A DNA stretch of 21,061 bases, taken from positions 177,813,378-177,834,438 of the forward strand of contig JANKJI020000004.1 of the NCBI GenBank assembly GCA_024626585.2. Direction: 5' to 3'. Both the position numbers and the translations under genes were made by a program. Numbering within the stretch: position 1 is the first letter of the stretch; every line of letters begins with the position of its first letter. The stretch is from Ginkgo biloba. Its lineage: Eukaryota > Plantae > Ginkgophyta. The notes under the pieces were generated by a model. It saw only the letters and a program-made list of their open reading frames with translations. It searched no databases and had not been told where the DNA came from. Shown piece by piece: positions 10,108 through 20,306 of the stretch.

Positions 10108-11887
10108 GTANNNNNNNNNNCTTGTTATTCTCATGGTTTATACTTCAGCATTTAATCCAAGGGGAGCCAAAACAAGAAACAGATCTTAAATAGAACTGTC
10201 CTGAAACCAGAAGAAGATCTGAAAGGGAAAAAATTAGAATGTTCTTCAACTGAAAAAGTAGCTTTGCTATATGGTGGATGGGAAACTCACCATAAATGTT
10301 AATGTTTTAACATCACTTAAGAAGCCATCCCTGGAGTTATAATTCTTCCAAAATGATTATGGTCTCTGGCAGCAAACAATGAACACTGAACCTATACAGG
10401 TGGTGGGCATCTGAAGTTTTGATAATTTGCTTATTTGCAGTGCAAAACATTTTCTTCCAAATTGCACACATTTGCACTTCAACATCTTTAAACGAAAAGT
10501 GTCTTGTGTGTAATACTAATTTGCATTTCAAGTAACTAAACTACTCACAAACAATAATAAAGACATGTTTTCAAAGAATATTATCTCAACCAAATAGTCA
10601 TTTTTAGCATTAACATTTCTCAGCACCTTTAATTTGCTATTTACCCATTTCTTAAGAATGGGGAAAGACAAGAAGAGATTCAGGTGACACCTTCATTGGT
10701 CATCGAGTCCATCATAGTCATGAACCTTTTGATCTCCCCACCTTTTCTTTTGTAAACTAGGCTCCTGAATGCCCGAGATCATTATGCATGACGTCATCGC
10801 GCGGCTTCTAAAACTCGTGGCCTTTCCAAATATTCATAATCAGCTCCAAAAACCTTCTCAAGAAGACAAAACCCTACGATGGTGCCATGTGGCACCCTCA
10901 CAGACTTCCTCTCTTAATCTGAAATGGCCTTCCAAATGGCACCGAGTGAAGGGGAGGTGAGATCTCACCATTTGTCATATCTTCGTTTGGTCTGGGGATC
11001 ATGTGGCCTACGCACCAAAAATAAAAAAACCAAGTCACGTAGGGTAGAGACCTCACGAGATCATTCCATGTGNNNNNNNNACTGATTACATTGCTCTGTG
11101 TTACCAGCCACTGCAAAGTGCCATCACATGGCATGTTTACATTACATTTATGTGAGTGATTCTTGGCTTGCAATCAAAGTTATAAATTTACACATTAATT
11201 TCTTAATAATGGCAGTTACTTTGAACTTTAAACTATGATTATCTCAGCACAATCAAGGCCCTGAAAGGCCTGATATTTAGAAAAATGATTCACAGAAACA
11301 TGTTTCTTGGCTACCTCATCTGTTAGCTGATGAATGGGAAAGATTTATATCAACGTTATAATTGATGTGGAAAGTTATGATTCAATGATTTATTATGTAA
11401 TCGATATTAAAGGGATTAATTAAGGTTTAATTACGTAGTTTACAACTGAAAGCTAACTATTCACTGCCAGAGTGTCCATTTAGCATGCTTAATAGGCTCC
11501 AGCACAAACATGAAATTAAAGAAGCAAATAATATTCAAACTCTGAATATATTGCAATAATTCAGTTACAAAGGTCGATGGCAGTCCATGGGCCTAGCCCA
11601 GGGCTGCCCACTGATAGTGCTCCAATAATACTTCTACCCATGCAGGGGAAAATCCAATTCACAATGAATACAACAAATTTCAAATGGCATTAAAATAGGA
11701 TTGAAAGGAGTCAGTTGCATACCTAATTGCAACCACTCCTAACTAATCTTCTTTTTCCCTTTACTAATATCACATATTATATTTTAATAATAAAATTTAT
11801 ATTTTATATGAGTCTCTTACAACCAAGTGCATTGATGTTGCAACTAACTTTTATTTGTTGCAACCGATGTACATCAATACCAATGGG

Positions 11888-13083
11888 TCAATTACCAAGC
11901 ATACATCTCACCAAACATAAACGTTGAGTGATCTCACTCAAGTATATTGAAAGACCACTTATGCTTGGCATTTGGTAAGATTTTCAAAATTTGCAAGAGC
12001 TGCCATCTATCTCCTCGAACATTTTATCAAATTCTGTATGATGTTGTTGTTGCATGAAACCTACATTCTCCTTTTCTTGAATAGAAGAACTGTGGTATGT
12101 GATATTGGTTTATCCTCTTTCTTTATCTTTTGACTTATACTGACCCCAGCTTTACCGGTTCATGTTCATATAAGGATGCAGTAGTACTTCACAACTGCTT
12201 CAGAGAATGCAACCATAACAAAGGGTGGAATCACTAACATCACCTTCAGCAAAATAACATGCCTTGTTAGAGTTACGCGCAAAATTTAAACCCATGATCT
12301 TCCAAAAACATTCTGCATAACCACAGGAGGTCAACACAATTTTGCATCACCATTTCTGAAATTGGGACACTCTTTAAACTGTCCCATTGGTTCTTGTTGA
12401 AATGTCCATGTAATCCCAGCTATATTGGTTCTTGACATCCTCATGTGTGTGCCCTACGCAAGCCCTCAAAAACCAGCACACCTTCCAATCTTCAACAAAA
12501 CATTTCATATGAAGGTATACAATCAAATAAAGGATTCTCAAGTGTTCTAGAGATACCCAAGATCTTATAGGCCTGAATGTCACAATGATGACAAAATGTA
12601 TGAATGCTAAGGAATCTCAAAACGGTGCATGGTGGCTCCTAAGAATGGCCACACCACACATTTGAACTTTGAAGTTTCTGAGATACAGGCATGCGGATGG
12701 ATAGATAGTGTGAATAGGAAGCCACACCTTGCCTACGAGTATGGGCCCACCTGTTGGAGAAATGGTTGCAGGAGGAAAAGGTCAAGGCCACAATAATCCA
12801 CTCCCGTCTTCCTCTAGCAACATAGTTGTTTGGCTTCTATGATTAAAATGGAGATTGGCTCCTGGAACACCAATTTGGTTCGTGATCACATTTTGGCTAC
12901 TTTCCATTTATTCAACACAGACGATTTTTACTGAGGACTACACCATCCCATCATTCTTAAGTTTGGTTTCCAATGCAATATCATTCTATGACTTGAAACA
13001 ATGAATAGACTATGGAAGGCATTGATAGTTGTGGATGTCTTTGTTGGTCGCATCAACATGATTCAAGTATCACTCGATCACTA
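11888..13083 (-). pseudogene. Decayed ~400-codon ORF of an unassigned, multicopy protein family (probably transposon-borne)
   Basis: Manual translation gives a near-continuous frame (..GLLWP*PFPPATISPTGGPILVGKVWLPIHTIYPSACLYLRNF..APF*DSLAFIHF..RPIRSWVSLEHLRILFDCIPSYEMFVEDWKVCWFLRA..LGLHGHFNKNQWDSLKSVPISEMVMQNCVDLLWLCRMFLEDHGFKF..GMLFC..FHPLLWLHSL..) broken by stops and a few small indels. The frame is supported by the paralog at 13454-13691. Boundaries are approximate. Confidence 0.7.
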
Positions 13084-13453
13084 TAGGAAGAAATTTCTCA
13101 CAAAAGGAGAGAGTTGCAACGAAACCTCTAATGGGAAAGTAAAAGTTGATTAAGGTTATATTTTGATAAATTTACTCTCATCCCGCTTGTTCTTGCCTTG
13201 GTCATATCATCTAAAGTGCTACAAGGGCTTATTTTAATTAGTGAATAAAGTTCAAATACAAACACAATAAGACACCTAGGGAAAGGTAACCTTGGTTTAG
13301 AGTTGGTAAAGTGTAAGTAATGGCTATGTTCTAAATTTAAGAAGTATAAAGCAAATTCTAAATGATAAAGATGAGCACATGATGTTTTATTTCAATAACC
13401 TTTTTGTGCCTATCTGGAACATGTGGAGTGATTAGTTTTNNNNNNNNNNNNNN

Positions 13454-13691
13454 TATGACCCGAACATTTAACAGTTTTATTCCATTGTGTACCTTAATAT
13501 GAAATGTTTCTCAAAGATTGGAGGATGTGCTAGTTTATGAAGGCTCATACATGGCACCTGTGACGAAGTCAAGAACTAGTATAGTTGGGACTACATGATC
13601 ATTTCAACAAGAACCATTGAACAAGGTTAACTAATGTTCCAATTTCTAAAACGGAGCTACAAAATTGTGTTGACGCTCTATGGTCATGCAG
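13454..13691 (+). pseudogene. Second, inverted copy (gap-bounded fragment) of the same unassigned ORF
   Basis: PEHLTVLFHCVP*YEMFLKDWRMC*FMKAHTWHL*RSQELV*LGLHDHFNKNH*TRLTNVPISKTELQNCVDALWSC aligns to the reverse complement of 12313-12555. About 55 substitutions in ~230 nt by hand count. Confidence 0.8.
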
Positions 13692-14579
13692 NNNNNNNNN
13701 NNNNNNNNNNNNNNNNNNNNNNNNNNNNNNNNNNNNNNNNNNNNNNNNNNNNNNNNNNNNNNNNNNNNNNNNNNNNNNNNNNNNNNNNNNNTCCTAAACT
13801 CCTTTATGCACAAAAAAATTGCTATAACACCGTTGAAAAGTTCAACAAAAACTTTGTTTTGCACTTGAAAATTGCTTGTGACAAAGACTTTTAGAATTTA
13901 ACGACCACTACAAAACTCAAAATTTTAGTTTGCAATGAAATAGGCCCATATGCCCATTTTTAAAGAACAAATGCTTTCAAAAAAAATGCTTTCGCCCTCT
14001 AAACTTTAGCAACTAGGGGCTAATCGTATAACTCCAATGTGACTTCACTTTTTGAAATTAAGCACCTTTTAATACGTTTTGACTTTTTGAAAGTTGAACT
14101 TAGGAAATTTTGAAATTTAACAAAAAATATTGTTTGACCTAGTTTGTGCACCGCTTCTACTCTACAATTCAACTCACGTTCCTTTGATCAAACCTAATCT
14201 TACATCCAATTGGGCTTACCAACACCAACAAGAAATTTGCATCAACTCTAAGGATGAGCTCTATAGAAGAAGAGAGGAGCATCAATGTGCACATGAAGGG
14301 CATGATGCAGAGCATGTTTGACAAGACATGGAAGGTGGAGAAGGCACAGTAGCTAGATCTGAAGGGATGGGTTTGTAATAAGCAAGACAGAACAGTGGAG
14401 GTTGTTTTCTCTAGCAAAGTCGTTGCGGTGGATGAGATGGTGGAGAGCTACTGAGGCGAACCTCTCTCTACTCTCGTCACTACCTTGGACGTACTCCCTT
14501 TGACTAACATTTGTTCTTTCCTGCTGTGCATTCCCAAGTTTGCCCAGCTCGTTGCCTTCCTATCTTGTCTTTCCTCCCA

Positions 14580-15717
14580 TCAGGCAAGCTGTTGTCTCTA
14601 TTGTCGAATCTAATATGCTATTGCATAAAATGATGACAAATAATATCATGCAAACATAGATGCAAACACTAATAATGCCACTGAACTACTTAATACTTAT
14701 TTTTTTTTCCCTCGCTTAGATTAGCGATCGGGAGACACCATGAGACTTAATTCTAAAAAAAAGAAATGTAGATGGCAAATGAAAAATGTTGATTACAAAA
14801 TGACAAATGCCTAGGCAAAGGCAAAAATGGTACATGTAGGAAAAATATCCAACGCGTGGGAGTAGAAAGCATACATGTTACTTCAAGATTTCTAACTAGA
14901 GAGCAAAGTTAATGGCATGCGATAATGAGAAACCATAGATCTTTCCAAAAATTCTAAACAACGGACTGCCAAATATTTATGGTCAAAAGAAACATAGCAG
15001 CGCTTAAATCGGGGCACAATGACAAATGCTAATGCGAATGCAAATGTATGTGACAACAAAAAATACTCGAACCAGTGAACGAAATGCCAAATGTTTAACC
15101 ATGACAGAAATACTGATTTAGGAACTTGCGGAGTTCTACCAGGCGTGCCAAAATGTAATGCAAGATTTAGATCTACAACAGAAAATAGAAAATGACTATT
15201 TAACTTCCTAATCTAAATCAAACAAAACCTCCGATTGAGAAAAGAAGCTGATATGCTCTGATCAGGGATGTGGTTGCTCAGATTTTCTGGTGTAAGGATG
15301 GTTTTGCATCTATGGAGGAATGATATATGATGGAGAGAATGCTAAGAATGCTCAAGGGATGAAGAGCCAAAGCTTGTCTCCAAGAATGCACAATAATCAT
15401 CCTTCTCTCATGAGAGAGAGAGAGAGTAAAAAAAATGAATAGTGTGTAATGAGAATGATCTCCCATTGATGTGTGTGAGAGAGTCAAAATGAGTAATAAA
15501 TCAAGTCCCTTTCTCCCAAAGGATAACATCCTTTTTTGCATGAGGAAAGAGTCACTTCTTTCCAAGAGGAAAGTATGCTTTTTGATTTTTTCTTTATGGG
15601 TAGATTTAGACATTAGCTAGGATTTTTTATTTTTTGAGTGGATTTAGGTGCATGCACCTAGGAATTCGAATCACATGTCACATGTCATTAAATGAAATGA
15701 CATTAAATGAACATGTA
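14580..15717 (-). mobile_element. 5' LTR (15154 to at least 15717, cut by gap) and 5' UTR of an Ogre/Tat-like gypsy element
   Basis: LTR end CA lies three bases before the PBS. The T-rich (minus) leader has repeated GCATTT/CATTT words. (GA)7G at 15412-15426 lies inside the LTR. The left boundary is approximate. Confidence 0.6.
15133..15150 (-). other. Primer-binding site, tRNA-Arg type (Ogre/Tat-like)
   Basis: Minus strand ...TTACA-TTT-TGGCACGCCTGGTAGAAC resembles the tRNA-Arg(UCU) PBS TGGCACGCCCAGTGGGAC used by Ogre/Tat gypsy elements. Confidence 0.75.
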
Positions 15718-15817
15718 NNNNNNNNNNNNNNNNNNNNNNNNNNNNNNNNNNNNNNNNNNNNNNNNNNNNNNNNNNNNNNNNNNNNNNNNNNNNNNNNNNN
15801 NNNNNNNNNNNNNNNNN

Positions 15818-16545
15818 AGGGGCCCTTTAATTATCTTTAGTAATGAAGGAACATCTTCTCTTGTTACTCCCACTAGATTTGAAATTACTCTCATCTCTAG
15901 AAATGTTTCTTCACCTATGGTTGAAGGTCCTTGTACTATGATCCATGATAGAGTTGGTAAATCTATCCCCTTTTCTCAAACATTGTCCATTGTTCACTTA
16001 GAATCTTATAACTCTGATGTGTCTAATCAAAAAATTAAGACTATATAAATATCCAAGCCTTTAAATGAATCATTTGAGGGATACTCCATGGGAGAAACTA
16101 CATTTGATACTCATTTTTTTACTCTTCTACATGATATGAATTTTTCTAGCATGTTGAATTCATCTATAGGGTCAAATATTTCCTACCAAGTATTAAATTC
16201 AAATGGGAATCATTCTTCTATGGTTGGTACCACTCCATTTTCTTTGTTTAATACACCAATACTTACACTAGGTTATGTTCATTAATATACACCATATGCG
16301 AATTTTCAAACTAGTGTTCCCATAGTTCCACCATTTTCTTAACTTGGTATGGGGAAAATAATAATGAATCCATATGTTTCTATACCCCAAAATCAGGCCT
16401 ATTTGTCTATGGGACAATCTTCATATCATCAAATTCCATATATACCACAAATTCCATTCAATCCATATGTGCAACATGTTCCATATGACCCACATGATTT
16501 CCCACCTTACACACCATTTTCCATTTGCCATGGGATATACACCTT
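15818..16545 (+). pseudogene. Possible decayed S/T/P- then P/Q/Y-rich N-terminal gag-like region
   Basis: Three successive plus-strand ORF pieces with low-complexity composition (e.g. YHQIPYIPQIPFNPYVQHVPYDPHDFPPY). No diagnostic motif. Confidence 0.3.
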
Positions 16546-17462
16546 TGTAGGTAAGTTTATGTTACTATGAATATTTCTTGAATTATAACTTTATTATCAA
16601 ATTCCAAAATACATTAATTAATAATTTTCTTGCAATATTTATATAGAATAGTATTTCCACATTTTGTATATATTAGAAAGGTTCTAAGGCCTGCAAATGG
16701 GTTCAATAGAACGTTTGAGGTAGGGTGCCCTTACTCATAGGCTTGATTATGCATTTAGAGGGAGTAGACATATCATAATGATTATACTTTAATGCATACA
16801 TGTTGAAATTTAATTTTTGAAATTTCCCAACCTTATTACTGTAGAAACCCAAGCAACTTGGCTTAGGGAAGATAAGACTCTAATCCGAGACCTTGGGGAT
16901 AATTATGCCTTGACTTTTAATTACTATGGATTTTTGCTTTATAATAATATTGTTATAATTACATGGAGAGTAATTAAAAGTCTCCATAGAATGAGATTTT
17001 GGAATCTAATGGTAGATTGATGAAAGACCACTTTTGGAAGTGGATAATTCATCCAAACTTCTGCACTCGAAACAAAATGTCAAGTCTATAAAATTACAAG
17101 GAGCTTCAGCATAATAGAGGACTACAACAACACAAAGAGAGTCGACTTTGATCAATGAATGAGAATGACTCCAAGAGATCAACAATGCAAATAACATAAA
17201 GTTGAGAGAGAGTAAAAATGAAAGAAGTCTCAAAAAATAACAAAAGGCTCTTACATATAACAAAAAGGCCTAATGTTGTGCCGGGGACTTTAAAATTGTT
17301 TCACACTCCAACTAAGCCTCAACATTAGCTCCTCTACCACATGACAAATGTCCACATCATTCAAGGCCCAGCAAAAAAGTTGAACTGCATCAACAGTTAT
17401 AGATGGAAACATTATAAAAGCTTGCTAAAGCTTAGAAATAGGGGTTCCAATTTTTACTAGCG

Positions 17463-17484
17463 CACACACACACACACACACACA
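17463..17484. repeat. (CA)11 microsatellite
   Basis: Read directly from the sequence. Confidence 0.95.
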
Positions 17485-20012
17485 TCAAAAAAGACCAAGT
17501 GCAACAAATGTCAAAAATAGTTCTCCAGTTCTTCCGTCTTTTTCTTCAAGCTTTAAGGTTAAGCTNNNNNNNNNNNNNNNNNNNNNNNNNNNNNNNNNNN
17601 NNNNNNNNNNNNNNNNNNNNNNNNNNNNNNNNNNNNNNNNNNNNNNNNNNNNNNNNNNNNNNNNNNNNNNNNNNNNNNNNNNNNNNNNNNNNNNNNNNNN
17701 NNNNNNNNNCTGTTACATTTCGAATATATATTTATTGGTGTCAAACATTAATAAAGATATCAATCAAGTTGCATTCCAATGTCCAGTTTCATTTGAACAC
17801 TCCAATCTTCCTTCTTCTTCTTCAAACTTTTAAGTTTAAGCTTCCATTCTACAAAATTGTAAGTTTATACTCATGTGAGGCAACAATTATGTGCACTCAA
17901 ATAAGCAATCATGTCTTGGGGGTTATTAAGCGCTGTAAATTTGTGGGCCTTGATTCCACTTCCAAGCTTGCTGTAAAGCTCTGCAGAGCATGTCATTTTC
18001 TTTCTTTCATAAATGCAATTTTTTACATATGACTGCAACATTTGAATGTGATTTTACACTACTTTAATTTGCTTCCAATGTACACATTGTAGGTTGTAGA
18101 TCAACAGTCACATTGAAGGTAACTCGATTACATCATTTCTACCTACAGCAGCACTGAAGGTAGCCTCAGTGAATTTTTAGTTACCTTCATCAACCATAAA
18201 GGTAAGTTACTTCTACACAACTTGCATTAGCGTTTATCATCAAACAATCATCTTAACGTTGCAATTAGTTGAGGCCATTAGGACCTCGGTCCCCCTATAA
18301 TGCATAAATACTTTTAATTTAACGAATGAAATAGGCAATTTTCCCTTTGGAAGCAAAGATCATTAAGGTGCCTTGGCCGACTATAAAAGGCATTGGACGA
18401 AAGGATCTCCATGTGGCACCATGGGTTGATCTAGCCTCATAGATATGATTTTATTTTTTGTTGCAGTTGCAAAATAGTTAGTATTTCCTTGTTGGTTACT
18501 GCATTTACTTTCTGCATTGTTATTTCATGTTTTTATTTCATTTCTGCTATTGCTTCACTTCAATTTCAAACTTAGTTTCTGTTCTGACAGACATGGCATA
18601 GGTGATAGATGAAATTCTACTTTCTCTCACCGTTTAAAAGATCCAAACTTGACTTGACAATTTACTGACAGTCTTTGTACAGAAACAATACTCGTTAATC
18701 CACAGAATGGAAACAGTGAATGTGGTTTTGTTGCCACAAGAAGCAAGTAGGGGCTTTGAAATTTGGAAGAGTTTGCAGTCCGATGTGTTGTGATTCTCAA
18801 AGTTACCCACTGTAGACTTTTCTATGTCTAGAGCATCCTCCTGAGGGCGATCGCATGTAAAAATAACTATGCTTTCATGGTACTCTCCATGGATCGCTGG
18901 AGAATATCAAAGAAGANNNNNNNNNNNNNNNNNNNNNNNNNNNNNNNNNNNNNNNNNNNNNNNNNNNNNNNNNNNNNNNNNNNNNNNNNNNNNNNNNNNN
19001 NNNNNNNNNNNNNNNNNNNNNNNNNNNNNNNNNNNNNNNNNNNNNNNNNNNNNNNNNNNNNNNNNNNNNNNNNNNNNNNNNNNNNNNNNNNNNNNNNNNN
19101 NNNNNNNNNNNNNNNNNNNNNNNNNNNNNNNNNNNNNNNNNNNNNNNNNNNNNNNNNNNNNNNNNNNNNNNNNNNNNNNNNNNNNNNNNNNNNNNNNNNN
19201 NNNNNNNNNNNNNNNNNNNNNNNNNNNNNNNNNNNNNNNNNNNNNNNNNNNNNNNNNNNNNNNNNNNNNNNNNNNNNNNNNNNNNNNNNNNNNNNNNNNN
19301 NNNNNNNNNNNNNNNNNNNNNTGGTTCCTTTATATGCGAGTCATATATTAGAGTAGAAGCCATGTATTACAGAAGAGTTAAGATTGCTTAAAACAATATG
19401 AGTACCACCTTACATTCATGAAATGCCACCCTTATGACCCTTGGGAACCCTTCTAATTCTTGTGTTATATTGACAACCTTTCAAGGAAAGGTTAAAGAAC
19501 GTATTAAAATATTACAAATCATCTTCTTTTTAAGTGTTGCATTGGTGAGGGGCTACTACATACAACCATTTTTGCTACAAATAGGGATTGTTCCTCTTTT
19601 GGTTTGAGCAAGTTGCATGTATGTGCACTCTGTGGCAGAAAGTTGTCCCTTTTGGAGCTCAGAGATGAAGGACAGACTGAGGTTGTGGTTGTGACACTTG
19701 GGGACACATGTTGTGGAGCAACTTTGCTTTTTGGAGGATCCTCTCTAAATTACATTCTACGATTCACCTCATGTACATTTGGTATTCTTCCATTACTCTC
19801 TTCATTGTACCTCTGTCATCTATCCTACAGACATAATTGTATTGTAGGTGCACATACAATAGCAAGGGCATTGTTAGTACAATACACCAAAAGAACAAAC
19901 TTCCATCTTGTACAGCAGTTCAATAATAAACAATTTTCAGCTTGTACAACGCATCTGCAATTCTGCAGAAATTATGCGTTCAGGATCCATACCAGAGTTT
20001 GTGAACTCAGCG

Positions 20013-20306
20013 TCACGGACAGTAAATGAAGAAAATTGAGAAACAACAAGAAGAATCAATCACACTACACCAGGTTTCCAAGTAGAATTGGTCTACCACA
20101 GATTTTTATTTTTATTGCAGTACTCAATGTTTGAATGAATAATACAATGGGTATGGGGTCTATTAAATATATTCCCAAATAATAACCATCGCATAACTTC
20201 TTTCAAAATTTATGATTAAGGATAATTAATTAGATCATTAATATATAATGTACAATTACATTAATGGATAAACATAAAAGGTGACTAAATATTAATTATT
20301 CCAATA
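20013..20306 (-). mobile_element. LTR of the same family as 4838-5152, copy 2; left boundary approximate (possibly 19872)
   Basis: Minus strand begins TATTGGAATAATTAAT (TG->TA decay). Collinear blocks are shared with copy 1. It abuts the broken integrase at 20307. Confidence 0.7.

Noticed and set aside
12437-12460. VGHTHEDV in ORF 12374-12583, resembling the GHTHEDID motif of Sola-like/DUF7869 transposase-type proteins
   Set aside because: Alignment to the paralog at 13454-13691 shows the motif arises from a 2-nt CA slippage. The conserved frame reads GHT*GCQE versus WHL*RSQE, and no upstream DN..NKN motif is present.
16980-18916. Further LTR-like stretches (TATA-like GCCGACTATAAAAGG near 18376; A-rich 17000-17400); similarly 2556-3430 and 7946-8655
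   Set aside because: Probably repeat-derived, but I could not establish termini, PBS/PPT or homology, so they are not annotated.
18869-19363. Long ORFs spanning N runs (also those at 1890, 3373, 13634, 15707 and 17499)
   Set aside because: Their length comes from gap characters rather than real codons.
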